A stretch of DNA of 63,432 nucleotides, the filler included. It is 7 parts of 7 records of this genome, joined end to end, with 100 filler letters (N's around TTAATTAATTAA, not from the genome) between each part and the next. Parts side by side here need not be neighbours in the genome. Positions count along the whole stretch, not along the records: positions 1 to 13,906 come from SRR20825010_5459; 6 more parts are not named here. One strand, given 5' to 3'. The notes below the pieces were generated by a model. That model made no database searches. It had not been told where the DNA came from and was given only the letters and a program-made list of their open reading frames with translations. Below, piece after piece: positions 1-9,917 of this stretch. Both the position numbers and the translations under genes were made by a program. Numbering within the stretch: the stretch's first letter is position 1; each line of letters starts with the position of its first letter.

Positions 1-2
1 TA

Positions 3-803
3 ATTGTGATCTCTTTTAGTGGTTTCGCTCAAACCTACAAGGCTCTGACCTATAATATTCGTTTGGCCATAGCCAGCGATGGGGTCAATGCATGGGAAAA
101 CAGGAAGGAGGCACTTACTAATCAACTGCGCTTTTATGAACCAGACGTTTTTGGTATTCAGGAGGGGAGACCAGAGCAGGTTGACTTTCTGGATAAAAAC
201 CTGGAAGATTACTCCTACATCGGAGTAGGACGTGATGATGGGAAAAGAGAAGGGGAATTTAGCGCCATCTATTACAAGCAAGACCGGCTCAGCTTAATTC
301 AGGATAGCACCTTTTGGTTGTCAGAAACACCAGAAACACCTTCTAAAAGTTGGGATGCGGCCTACCCTCGAGTATGCACGTTCGGGCTATTTGAGGATCA
401 AAAAACCAAACAACAATTCTGGATTTTTAATACACATTTCGATCATGTCGGTGTTGTCGCGCGTTCCAATTCGGCCAAACTCATCCTTGAGACCATTGAG
501 AAATTAAATACGAAAAACCTCCCGGTGATTTTTATGGGTGACCTGAACCTGACTCCCGATGAGGAGCCTATCCAATTATTACTTTCTATACTCAAAGATT
601 CGAGAGCTCTGTCAGTAAATCCTCCATTTGGACCTTTGGGTACGTGGAACAGTTTTGATTTCAACTCCAATTTGGATCGACGAATCGACTACATCATGGT
701 CAATGATATAGTCAAGGTAAAGAAATACGCAGTTTTGACAGATTCTTACAACCAAAACTACCTCTCGGATCATCTTCCTGTTTTTGTGGAATTGTTTTTT
801 TAA
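3..803 (+). CDS. Endonuclease/exonuclease/phosphatase (EEP) family protein, probably 5'-partial
   Basis: Motifs TYNIR, GIQE, NTHFDH, GDLN, RIDYI and SDHLPV; the frame is open back to the window edge. Confidence 0.9.
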   Translation: MVISFSGFAQTYKALTYNIRLAIASDGVNAWENRKEALTNQLRFYEPDVFGIQEGRPEQVDFLDKNLEDYSYIGVGRDDGKREGEFSAIYYKQDRLSLIQDSTFWLSETPETPSKSWDAAYPRVCTFGLFEDQKTKQQFWIFNTHFDHVGVVARSNSAKLILETIEKLNTKNLPVIFMGDLNLTPDEEPIQLLLSILKDSRALSVNPPFGPLGTWNSFDFNSNLDRRIDYIMVNDIVKVKKYAVLTDSYNQNYLSDHLPVFVELFF

Positions 804-833
804 AGAATCCCCAAAAAACATTTCGTTAAAATT

Positions 834-841
834 TAGTTTTG
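834..841 (+). promoter_or_regulatory. Bacteroidota -7 promoter element (TAnnTTTG)
   Basis: TAGTTTTG ends 4 nt before the ATG at 846, implying a near-leaderless mRNA. Confidence 0.5.
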
Positions 842-845
842 CCGC

Positions 846-3770
846 ATGAATTTTGGTGAATTAGAAAAAGTGCTGGATGGTGAATTGTTCACCGACGAAA
901 CCACAAGAAAATTGTACGCTACGGATGCTTCGGCCTACAGGGAAATTCCCCTTGCTGTAGCGCATCCAAAGACGGAAAAAGACCTTTCGGCGCTTATCCG
1001 TTTTGCAAGCGAAAACAACACGTCTGTAATCCCAAGAACAGCGGGAACCTCGCTTGCAGGTCAGGTTGTTGGAGGCGGTATTGTGGTAGATGTTTCCAAG
1101 TACTTTAACCAAATTCTGGAGGTCAATGAAAAAGAAGGCTGGGCCATCGTTCAGCCCGGAGTGGTTCGCGACGACCTGAATCATCATTTGAAATCATCCG
1201 GGTATTTCTTCGCCCCGGAAACCTCCACGGCCAATCGCGCCATGATTGGTGGTATGATTGGAAACAATTCATGTGGATCCAATTCAGTAGTTTATGGAAG
1301 TACCAGGGAGCACTTGTTGGAAGTAGACGCCCTTCTTTCTGACGGCAGCCCGGCGCATTTTGGCTCCATCGACAGCAACGCCTTTCTGGCTAAAGCCAAT
1401 GGACAAGGGGTGAATAGCGAATTGGAAGCTTCCATTTATTTCGAAGCAAAAGAGATACTTTCGAATCAGGAAAATAGAGTTGAAATTGAAAAGGAGTTTC
1501 CGAAAGCCTCTATTCCAAGAAGAAATACCGGCTATGCACTGGACATGCTACTGCGCATGCAGCCGTTTACGGATGAAGGTGAACAGTTCAACTTTTGTGG
1601 TCTGATAGCGGGTTCTGAGGGCACACTCGCATTCGTCACCAAAGCCAAAATAAAACTTACTCCATTGGCTTCCCCGCACAAACGATTGGTTTGTATTCAT
1701 TGCCACTCCATTGATGAATCCCTGCATGCCAATCTGGTCGCGCTTAAATACGGTCCAACCGCCTGCGAGTTGATGGATCACTTCGTGTTGGAGGCAACAA
1801 AAAGAAACATCACCTACCGTGCTTATCGCTTTTTTGTAGAAGGCGATCCCCAAGCCATTTTGGTTGCAGAGCTTACAAAGGATTCAGATGAAGCGGCGGA
1901 AAAAGCGGCGGAAGACCTGATCGCCGACCTAAAGAAAAAGAATCTGGGTTATTCCTATCCCGTGATTGGCGGCTCAGATATCAGCAAAGTCTGGGGCTTG
2001 AGAAAAGCCGGATTGGGTTTGCTCTCAAACGTTCCTGGTGATAACAAGCCTGTGCCAGTGATAGAAGATACGGCCGTAGATGTCAAGGATTTGCCAGCGT
2101 ACATTGCGGAGTTTAACAAGACACTTGAAGGTCACGGGCTTTTCTGTGTGCATTATGCGCATGCCGGATCCGGTGAGCTTCACCTCCGGCCGATACTGGA
2201 TCTGAAAACAGCAGAAGGTGTACGCCTTTTCAGGACAGTGGCTGAGGATATCGCAGCGCTTGTTAAGAAATACAAAGGTTCCTTATCCGGCGAACATGGA
2301 GACGGCCGCCTGCGTGGGGAGTTTATTCCTCAGATGATCGGCGCGCGCAATTATGAGTTGATCAAACGTACCAAGAAAGCCTGGGATCCAAACAATGTGT
2401 TGAATCCGGGCAAGATTGTAGACACACCGCCAATGGATACGAATCTTCGATACGAAATTGGTCAGGAGACAAAGGAATTTGATACCATTCTGGATTTTTC
2501 AGAAAGTCAGGGCTATCTACGGGCAGCAGAGCAATGCAACGGCTCTGGCGATTGCCGGAAAACAGAGTTGTCAGGTGGAACGATGTGCCCGAGTTACATG
2601 GCCACACGCGACGAACGTGACACCACCCGTGCACGCGCTAACATTCTGCGCGAGATGCTTACGAAATCAGACAAACCCAATCCTTTCGCACACGAGGAGA
2701 TCAAGGAAGTGCTCGATTTATGCCTGAGCTGCAAGGGCTGTAAATCCGAATGCCCGTCCAATGTGGATATGGGTAAGCTGAAGCAGGAATGGCAGTACCA
2801 GTATTACAAAGAAAAAGGTGTGCCGTTCCGAAACAAACTGATTGGAAATTTCGGCAGTGGCATGAAGCTGGCTTCTGCCCTTCCCTGGGGTTATAAATTG
2901 ACCTTTGGCAATAAACTGACATCAACCATCGCCAAATCCATTATGGGTTTTGCGCAAGATCGCAGCATGCCACATCTTTCTAAAACCACCTGGGAAAGTT
3001 GGTTTAAAAAGGAGTTTAAATCTTCGGTTCAGAAACCGATAAAAACGGTCTATATCTTCATCGATGAACTGCTAAACTACAACGAGGCAGAAATTGGGAT
3101 TACTGCAGTAAAACTGCTGGACAAGCTGGGCTATGAGGTGAAGTATGTAAAACATGCACAATCAGGCCGTACATTCCTTTCCAAAGGCCTCCTCGAAACG
3201 GCACGCGATCTGGCCAAAGAAAATATTGCCATTTATAAAAACTTGATTTCCGAAAACACTCCTTTGATAGGTGTGGAACCGTCGGCCATTCTCACTTTTA
3301 GAGATGAATATCCGGATTTGGTTCGGGGAGAAGAAAAGACAACTGCACAGAAGATCGGCGAGCATACCTACATGATAGAGGAGTTTTTGGCCAAAGAATT
3401 GGATGCCGGAAACATCGACAAAAAGCTGTTCAACGAACAGAAGCAATTGATCAAACTTCATGGACATTGCCAGCAAAAAGCGCTTTCGTCATTAACTCCT
3501 ACTAAAAAGATTTTGACCGTTTTGGGTGGAAATGAAGTGCACCTAATCCCTTCTGGATGTTGCGGCATGGCCGGTTCATTTGGTTACGAAAAAGAGCATT
3601 TTGACCTGTCGATGAAAATCGGTGAGTTGGTGCTTTTCCCAACGGTGAGAAAGCAACCGAAGGAAGTGATCATCGCTGCTCCGGGCACAAGCTGCCGCCA
3701 CCAAATCAAAGACGGAACGGGACGCAAGTCGATGCACCCGGTTGAAATTTTGTGGGAAGGGATGAAATAA
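846..3770 (+). CDS. FAD-linked oxidase with Fe-S and CCG domains (GlcD/YdiJ-like 2-hydroxyacid dehydrogenase)
   Basis: GTSLAGQ FAD-binding start, GEHGDG, CNGSGDC, CLSCKGCKSECP, HGHCQQ, CCGMAGSFG, GTSCRHQI. Confidence 0.9.
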   Translation: MNFGELEKVLDGELFTDETTRKLYATDASAYREIPLAVAHPKTEKDLSALIRFASENNTSVIPRTAGTSLAGQVVGGGIVVDVSKYFNQILEVNEKEGWAIVQPGVVRDDLNHHLKSSGYFFAPETSTANRAMIGGMIGNNSCGSNSVVYGSTREHLLEVDALLSDGSPAHFGSIDSNAFLAKANGQGVNSELEASIYFEAKEILSNQENRVEIEKEFPKASIPRRNTGYALDMLLRMQPFTDEGEQFNFCGLIAGSEGTLAFVTKAKIKLTPLASPHKRLVCIHCHSIDESLHANLVALKYGPTACELMDHFVLEATKRNITYRAYRFFVEGDPQAILVAELTKDSDEAAEKAAEDLIADLKKKNLGYSYPVIGGSDISKVWGLRKAGLGLLSNVPGDNKPVPVIEDTAVDVKDLPAYIAEFNKTLEGHGLFCVHYAHAGSGELHLRPILDLKTAEGVRLFRTVAEDIAALVKKYKGSLSGEHGDGRLRGEFIPQMIGARNYELIKRTKKAWDPNNVLNPGKIVDTPPMDTNLRYEIGQETKEFDTILDFSESQGYLRAAEQCNGSGDCRKTELSGGTMCPSYMATRDERDTTRARANILREMLTKSDKPNPFAHEEIKEVLDLCLSCKGCKSECPSNVDMGKLKQEWQYQYYKEKGVPFRNKLIGNFGSGMKLASALPWGYKLTFGNKLTSTIAKSIMGFAQDRSMPHLSKTTWESWFKKEFKSSVQKPIKTVYIFIDELLNYNEAEIGITAVKLLDKLGYEVKYVKHAQSGRTFLSKGLLETARDLAKENIAIYKNLISENTPLIGVEPSAILTFRDEYPDLVRGEEKTTAQKIGEHTYMIEEFLAKELDAGNIDKKLFNEQKQLIKLHGHCQQKALSSLTPTKKILTVLGGNEVHLIPSGCCGMAGSFGYEKEHFDLSMKIGELVLFPTVRKQPKEVIIAAPGTSCRHQIKDGTGRKSMHPVEILWEGMK

Positions 3771-4219
3771 TTTCACTTATCTCTTTTTTTTGACTGTTTT
3801 TGTTCTTCCAGAATAAACCCGAAGTTTTAATCTTTTCGGCTGATGAAAACGCCAATATTATTAGCTCCACAATTTTTGGAACAACTAACAATGCTGTTGA
3901 AGCCATTGCAACGATTCTAATTGTGAGATGAATTTGAATTTCGTCCATGATTGTTTTTTCAAATAAACACCAGCTCATGTAATCAAGAAAGGACAGCTTT
4001 TAACTAATTAAACAACTGACAATCAAACATATACATTTTAATCAATTCAGTAAAACTGCTCATTCGTTACACAATCGATGTTTTTCAGGGGACAGATCGG
4101 TGGTAACTATTAGGTCTTCTAAAATTTTCCGCTCTGCGGACTAGACGCTGTAAATTATCATCACAACTATCTATAAATCAGATGATTGATATATAAAATG
4201 CTTTTTAATACGTCTTGCT

Positions 4220-4227
4220 TATCTTTG
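4220..4227 (+). promoter_or_regulatory. Bacteroidota -7 promoter element for the TA operon
   Basis: TATCTTTG ends 6 nt before the ATG at 4234. Confidence 0.55.
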
Positions 4228-4233
4228 GTATAG

Positions 4234-4560
4234 ATGTCATTGATAGAAAACCATATCCAAACCATTGAGGTGCTTTGTAAGGAACACAAAGTGGATTCGT
4301 TGTATCTCTTTGGCTCAGCCGTTTCCGGCGACTTGAAAAAGGATAGTGACTATGACCTATTGATTCGGTTTCTTCCTGAGATTGCTCTCCTGGATTATGC
4401 AGATAACTATTTCTCATTACTAAATAAGCTGGAAACAGTATTGCAACGAAAAGTGGATTTGGTGTCAGAAAAAGCACTTAAAAACCCTATTTTGATCGAC
4501 TCGATAAATAAAAATAAACGGTTGATTTATGAATGCGAGAAGTCTGAAATACATACTTGA
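4234..4560 (+). CDS. Minimal nucleotidyltransferase antitoxin (MntA-like)
   Basis: Exact GS-X10-DXD motif (GSAVSGDLKKDSDYD) and RKVDLV; lies directly upstream of a HEPN gene. Confidence 0.9.
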   Translation: MSLIENHIQTIEVLCKEHKVDSLYLFGSAVSGDLKKDSDYDLLIRFLPEIALLDYADNYFSLLNKLETVLQRKVDLVSEKALKNPILIDSINKNKRLIYECEKSEIHT

Positions 4561-4867
4561 TATTTTAAGTGTCATTGATGAAATCGAGCGATTGATAGTT
4601 AAAGTAGGGAACAATTTCAATGATTTCCAGGCAGATTTCACAGCGATAAGAACGGCTGAAAGGGATTTAGAAATTATCGGCGAGGCTTTGAATAAATTAA
4701 AAAAAGAAAGCTCCGATTTAAACATTATGGACTCCAAAAAGATTATCTCGTTAAGAAACCTGATTATCCATTCTTATGATTCCGTAGATAATGAAATCAT
4801 TTGGGGTATTTTGATCAAAGATATTCCTCGTTTGAAAAACGAGCTCCTCAAGCTGAAGAACCAATAA
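4529..4867 (+). CDS. HEPN/DUF86 RNase toxin (HepT-like)
   Basis: ERDLEIIGEA and R-X4-H-X-Y (RNLIIHSY); overlaps the MNT gene by 32 nt. Confidence 0.9.
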   Translation: MNARSLKYILDILSVIDEIERLIVKVGNNFNDFQADFTAIRTAERDLEIIGEALNKLKKESSDLNIMDSKKIISLRNLIIHSYDSVDNEIIWGILIKDIPRLKNELLKLKNQ

Positions 4868-4868
4868 A

Positions 4869-5486
4869 ATGAAAACAACGCTCTATCTAGTTCTCCTCAT
4901 TTTTTCGGTTTCGGTCTTTTCCCAAATCAAACTAAACCCCTCCTACACTTATTTGAAAGGAGGGAAAGAAATCAGCTACAACAAGGGACTCAAACACCTG
5001 CAATCGGGTGACTATGTGGCGGATATTTCGGATGAAAAACGAACAGTAACGATCCAGAAACCGTCGGGACTGGAAGAAGGCGATCCCTTTCCCTACGAGC
5101 AGGTGGAAGATATGAATGGAAACACAATCAAGCCCGAAGACTTGTTGGGAAAAGTGGTGGTGATCAACTACTGGTTCATTGGCTGCCGCCCCTGTGTGAT
5201 GGAAATGCCGGAGCTGAACGAAGTGGTGAAAACCTATCAAGATCAGGACGTAGTATTTCTTGCTTTCGCCAATGACATTGCTCCAATGGTTTCCTCCTTT
5301 TTGCAAAAGAAACCCTTTGACTACACAATTATCCCTGGTCAAATGACAGCTACATTAAATAAAGGAATTACCATCTTTCCCACCCATATTTTCGTAAACC
5401 GTGAGGGGATTATTGACCACCGATTCAGCGGATACTCTGAAGGGGTCGGGGAAAAAATCTCCGCTCGAATTCAAAAAATCTTATAA
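4869..5486 (+). CDS. TlpA-family thiol-disulfide reductase, exported
   Basis: Signal peptide, INYWFIGCRPC CxxC motif, FPT cis-Pro loop. Confidence 0.85.
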   Translation: MKTTLYLVLLIFSVSVFSQIKLNPSYTYLKGGKEISYNKGLKHLQSGDYVADISDEKRTVTIQKPSGLEEGDPFPYEQVEDMNGNTIKPEDLLGKVVVINYWFIGCRPCVMEMPELNEVVKTYQDQDVVFLAFANDIAPMVSSFLQKKPFDYTIIPGQMTATLNKGITIFPTHIFVNREGIIDHRFSGYSEGVGEKISARIQKIL

Positions 5487-5491
5487 ATATC

Positions 5492-6376
5492 ATGTCTAAA
5501 AAAGTTGCTCTTGTCCTTTCCAGCGGAGGTGCCAGGGGATTGGCTCATATCGGAGTAATCGAATCTCTACTTGAAAACGGTTATGAAATAACTTCTATTT
5601 CCGGCAGTTCCATCGGTTCTGTGGTGGGGGCGTTTTACGCCGGTGGAAAACTGGACGAATACAAAGAATGGGTATTGGGATTGGATCGAATGGACGTTTT
5701 TAACCTGATAGATTTCACATTTTCCATACAGGGGTTTGTGAAGGGAGAAAAAGTGTTCAAATCACTGATGACGATCATGCCGGATCAAAAGATTGAAGAC
5801 CTTCGAATTCCCTTTACCGCACTTGCCACCGACATTGGAGACAAAAGGGAGGCGGTCTTTAACACGGGTAGTGTTTATCAGGCCATGAAAGCATCTGTGG
5901 CTATTCCTACGGTGATAAAACCGGTTATAGTGAATGGAAAAAACTATGTAGATGGTGGGGTGACCAATCCAATACCCATCAGCCATGTGAAGCGACACGA
6001 CGGAGATATATTGGTGGTATCCAATGTGAACGCCATTATTCCTTATGTGAAGGTAGTGGGAGATCAGAAAAAGGAAATCAAAGAAGAAGAATCTTATAAT
6101 CAGAAAATCCAGCAATTTCTTAACCGCTGGGGAAAATTGCTGCCTGGCGGGGCTACTGAAACCAAAAAGAAACTGGGTTTTTTCGATATCCTTAACGAAT
6201 CCATCGATTTGATGCAGGACAAACTCACCTCACTGATGCTCGAAAAACACAAGCCGGATTTACTGATCAATGTCTCCAGCGATGCTGGAAGTACCTTTGA
6301 GTTTTACAAAGCGAAAGAACTTATTGCGGCGGGGAAGCAGGCGTTTGAAAAGGCTGAAAATGAAAAAAGGGGCTAG
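5492..6376 (+). CDS. Patatin-like phospholipase (RssA-like)
   Basis: GGARG, GSSIG nucleophile and DGG motif. Confidence 0.9.
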   Translation: MSKKVALVLSSGGARGLAHIGVIESLLENGYEITSISGSSIGSVVGAFYAGGKLDEYKEWVLGLDRMDVFNLIDFTFSIQGFVKGEKVFKSLMTIMPDQKIEDLRIPFTALATDIGDKREAVFNTGSVYQAMKASVAIPTVIKPVIVNGKNYVDGGVTNPIPISHVKRHDGDILVVSNVNAIIPYVKVVGDQKKEIKEEESYNQKIQQFLNRWGKLLPGGATETKKKLGFFDILNESIDLMQDKLTSLMLEKHKPDLLINVSSDAGSTFEFYKAKELIAAGKQAFEKAENEKRG

Positions 6377-6388
6377 TAACAGCCCCTT
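6364..6388 (-). terminator. Intrinsic terminator between convergent genes
   Basis: AAGGGGCT-agtaac-AGCCCCTT stem, followed by a T-tract on the minus strand. Confidence 0.6.
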
Positions 6389-6396
6389 CCACCAAC

Positions 6397-7311
6397 CTAC
6401 TTCAGCCTAATCTGGGAGGATCCCAGATATGTCTCTGCAGCATAAATATCGATGTGATAAATTCCACCATCCAGCTTTTCTTCCGGTTTAAATGTGAGCG
6501 TGATACGTTTCGTAAAATCCGTAGCACCTACTTTCCAGTCTGTTGAAGCAACCAACACGGTATTGGTTTCAACATTTTCAGTGGCCACATAGTGAATGTT
6601 TTTAGACGTCATGCTGCTCACCTTTTTGCCCTCAGGCGTAGTGATCGTGAATCGCAGATCTTCTGTCATGTTGTAAGGAAGGTCAAATCCCGCAACGATC
6701 TCTTTGGCCCTTTTTGCCTTCACAGTCAACTTATCGTTTTTACGATGCGCCTCCAAGCCATAGTTGTTGGCCATTAGCGAAGACAGCATGTCATTTCTGT
6801 TGGTTAGAGCCGCATTTTCTTCCTTCAAAGCAACTGCGTCAATCTGCATATGTCCGTTTTCTGCCTCCAAAGTCTTTAGCTTATTCCTAAGTGCGGCCAA
6901 TTCTTGTTCTGTTAAAGCCTTGCCTTTATTCGCTTCTTCTAATTGTTTTCTGTATTTATCCCTTTCAGCAATGGCACGATCCAGTGATTTCAACTGAGCT
7001 TCTCTGTTAGCTAATTCAGTTTTTAGATTTTTAAGGTTTTCACTCAACTCACCATTTTTACCGGATTGAAGGCTGATATCTTTCTTCAGTTTTTCAATTT
7101 CCTTAGCTAAGCTCTGTTTTTCCGAAAGCATCTTTTCAGATTTCAGCTTTTCCTGACTTAACATTTTTTCAGCTCCATCTTTTCCCGAAATCAAAAAAAG
7201 ACAAGCGCCCATAGACACTAACAGCAACACCGTAACTACGATTGCGACGATACTCTCTTTACTCTTATTCATAATTTTGTGTGGTTTCATTTGACGGATA
7301 TAACGCCACAC
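6397..7311 (-). CDS. Membrane-anchored coiled-coil protein of unknown function; start may be 7290 or 7272
   Basis: One N-terminal hydrophobic helix, long E/K/L heptad region, beta-rich C-terminal domain. Confidence 0.75.
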   Translation of the reverse strand: MWRYIRQMKPHKIMNKSKESIVAIVVTVLLLVSMGACLFLISGKDGAEKMLSQEKLKSEKMLSEKQSLAKEIEKLKKDISLQSGKNGELSENLKNLKTELANREAQLKSLDRAIAERDKYRKQLEEANKGKALTEQELAALRNKLKTLEAENGHMQIDAVALKEENAALTNRNDMLSSLMANNYGLEAHRKNDKLTVKAKRAKEIVAGFDLPYNMTEDLRFTITTPEGKKVSSMTSKNIHYVATENVETNTVLVASTDWKVGATDFTKRITLTFKPEEKLDGGIYHIDIYAAETYLGSSQIRLK

Positions 7312-7355
7312 GTATTAAGGCCAACTAAATGCGAGATTAAAAAGTGATTAAAAAA

Positions 7356-8735
7356 TCAGGCTAGTGGAAAATTTATTGTGACCGTGGTGCCCTGCCCTTC
7401 GGTAGAAACCAATTCGAAACGGCCATGATGAAGCTCAACGATCTTTTGTACCAAACTAAGACCAACGCCACTTCCAGAAATCCCTGTAGTGTTTTTGGCC
7501 CGGTAAAAAGGTTTGCCAATTTCCGCTATTTCCATTTCAGGAATGCCCAGCCCGGAATCGCTCACCGCAATTTGTAGTTCTCTTTTGTCAGTTGGCGCAA
7601 TGCTCACCGAGATCTCTTTGCCCAACCCATATTTTCGTGCATTGTCAACTACGTTGGAAAAGAGCGTGTAAAGCAGCGAGTCATTGCCCATTACCTGAAG
7701 CTTTGCTTCGTCATCTACCTCATCCGAAATATCCACGTTGATTTTCAACGAAGGAAATTTGGACTTTTGATCACTGATTACCTGCCAGATGGTGGCGTCC
7801 AGACGCACCAGTCGGGAAGTGTCCTGAAAGCCATCCAACCGTGTCAATAGAAGCAACTTGGAAGTGAGTTCGGATAGTTTATGTACTTCGGTTTTGATTG
7901 TTTCCAGAGCCACTTTATATTCTTCTCCTTCTCGTCCTTTCATCAGCGTAACATCGATCTGAGAAAGAATCATGGTCATGGGTGTCCGCAATTCGTGCGA
8001 ACTATGGGCAATAAAACTCCGCTGACTTTCGAAAGCCGATTGCATGCGCGAAAGCATCTTATTAAAAGTGAGTCCCAGCACGGCAATTTCATCCAACCCA
8101 TTGCCTGCTGAAACCCTGCCATCAAGCTTGCTCGGATCAATCTGATTCACCTCATCGATTACCTGATTGATAGGTTTCAACGCCTTGCCAGCATAGAGGC
8201 GCCCAAACATACCTGCTATCAGAAGCGACGTGAAAAACGTGATGAACAGAATGTTTCTCAGGTTTGCAAGTTTTCTCAAACCAAAAACATCATTTGCTCC
8301 GGCAATAACTACAAACCGATCATACTGCCCTTCGTACAACCAGCCCAGCACCTCAATACCACCTGGTTCCTGTACCCATCTTTTGGCTCCTGAAAGCCGG
8401 ATTTCGTCAAACAAGCCATCTTTTATTTTCACAATATCGGTGGAGTCAGTTGTAAAGATTTCCTGATTTTCAAAGTTGTAAACGCTCACTTTTTCCCCTG
8501 GTAAGCGGATTGGGTTTGCATATTCGATCCGGCGCAATAGGTTCGCATCGATTTGATCTTCCTCTATCAGTAGCCGGGCAATCAATTCCGCTCTGCTTTG
8601 TAGTCTTCTGTAAAATTCGTCTTCCCTGTATTCGGCGGATGCCAGATAGATCACGAGGGAGCCAATGGTCCATATCGCTCCAAAAATGCCTATGAAGCGA
8701 AGGGTAAGTTTCGATTTGATGTCAAGCGAGCGCAT
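7356..8735 (-). CDS. HAMP-domain sensor histidine kinase
   Basis: Two TM helices, HAMP, SHELRTP H-box, N-box VDNARKY, DSGLGI, GSGVGL. Confidence 0.93.
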   Translation of the reverse strand: MRSLDIKSKLTLRFIGIFGAIWTIGSLVIYLASAEYREDEFYRRLQSRAELIARLLIEEDQIDANLLRRIEYANPIRLPGEKVSVYNFENQEIFTTDSTDIVKIKDGLFDEIRLSGAKRWVQEPGGIEVLGWLYEGQYDRFVVIAGANDVFGLRKLANLRNILFITFFTSLLIAGMFGRLYAGKALKPINQVIDEVNQIDPSKLDGRVSAGNGLDEIAVLGLTFNKMLSRMQSAFESQRSFIAHSSHELRTPMTMILSQIDVTLMKGREGEEYKVALETIKTEVHKLSELTSKLLLLTRLDGFQDTSRLVRLDATIWQVISDQKSKFPSLKINVDISDEVDDEAKLQVMGNDSLLYTLFSNVVDNARKYGLGKEISVSIAPTDKRELQIAVSDSGLGIPEMEIAEIGKPFYRAKNTTGISGSGVGLSLVQKIVELHHGRFELVSTEGQGTTVTINFPLA

Positions 8736-9405
8736 CGCTGAAGATATAGCCCATCCCTACTTTGGTGTGGATGAGTTTCTGATCAAAATCACGGTCTATT
8801 TTCTTGCGGAGGATGTTGATATAAACATCCACCACGTTGGTTCCCGGATCAAAATCCAGATCCCATACCTGCTCGGTAATCTCCATTCTGGAAACAACCC
8901 GTCCCTTTTTTGTCATTAAAAAATGAAGCAGGGCGTATTCTTTGGCCGTGAGTTCAATCTTTTTACCGGATCGAAAGGCTGTTTTCTGATCCGTGTCCAG
9001 CTCCAGGTCACCGACTATCAACCGCACGGGTTTGCCCTCAGGTTTACCTACTCGCTTCGTCACCACCCGCAAGCGGGCCAGCAACTCCCGCAAATCAAAC
9101 GGTTTTACCATATAATCATCTGCCCCAGCTTCCAGCCCTTCCACTTTGTCTTCGATACTATCCAGGGCAGTTAACAATATGATCTTGATTTCGGGATAGG
9201 AATCCCGCACCTCGCGACAAATTTCAAAGCCGTTTTTACCAGGCAAAATCAAATCGCAAAGCACAATATCGAACGGACGCTGGGCAAGTAACCTCGTTGC
9301 AAAAGCACCATCGAAAGCGATCATAACGGAATAGCCGTTTTCCTCTAATCCCGCCTTCAGGTTGTTGGCCACTTTTACTTCATCTTCTACGATCAGGAGG
9401 TTCAT
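8722..9405 (-). CDS. OmpR/CusR-type response regulator
   Basis: LIVEDE, CDLILP, GADDYMVKPF and winged-helix VDVYINILRKK; ATG at 9405 chosen over the track start at 9414. Confidence 0.93.
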   Translation of the reverse strand: MNLLIVEDEVKVANNLKAGLEENGYSVMIAFDGAFATRLLAQRPFDIVLCDLILPGKNGFEICREVRDSYPEIKIILLTALDSIEDKVEGLEAGADDYMVKPFDLRELLARLRVVTKRVGKPEGKPVRLIVGDLELDTDQKTAFRSGKKIELTAKEYALLHFLMTKKGRVVSRMEITEQVWDLDFDPGTNVVDVYINILRKKIDRDFDQKLIHTKVGMGYIFSDALA

Positions 9406-9513
9406 TGAAGCCAATTACGGATTGCTGTTGGGTTTGTTGTCTTGACGCTGATTACGACAGAGAAATTGATCACTTGATCGAAAAGGTAGTGTTCACAAAA
9501 TCGAAAACATGTA

Positions 9514-9888
9514 TTAGTTATAGGAAGGAATCTTAGTGGTTGATTCGTAATGAAGAATTTCCAATAATGCATCCACCACGTTTACTTTGGTAGAAAAGGG
9601 AACAAGTGCCTTGTATTTACCGTCTAGTAGCATGGCTGTTTCCATCCTAAAAGTCAGACAGCCTTCCCGTTTTTCATCATCGCGATCAAACAATATCACC
9701 TGCATGATTGACGCATCCAAGCCGTTATGATACGTGCAATTCAATTTCCAGTCGAGACACTCGCTATGTTCGCAGATTTTGTTGAGCAGGTTTACCAGCG
9801 TGATTTCATCCATTGAGGAGAATTTAGCGAATATCTGCCGCCTATAAAAGGGCAAACTCATATTTTCACTTGCAATTTTTTTATTCAC
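9514..9888 (-). CDS. Hypothetical protein, start uncertain
   Basis: ORF fills the gap upstream of the response regulator; no recognised motif. Confidence 0.55.
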   Translation of the reverse strand: MNKKIASENMSLPFYRRQIFAKFSSMDEITLVNLLNKICEHSECLDWKLNCTYHNGLDASIMQVILFDRDDEKREGCLTFRMETAMLLDGKYKALVPFSTKVNVVDALLEILHYESTTKIPSYN

Positions 9889-9917
9889 ATATTTACAGGA
9901 TAGAAATCAAACCCTAT

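Noticed and set aside
3706..3978. 90-aa minus-strand ORF with a hydrophobic stretch
   Set aside because: Overlaps the oxidase 3' end by 65 nt and has no motif; may be a real small protein but cannot be supported
4164..4189. Imperfect palindrome / IHF-like site upstream of the TA pair
   Set aside because: Degenerate match expected by chance in AT-rich DNA
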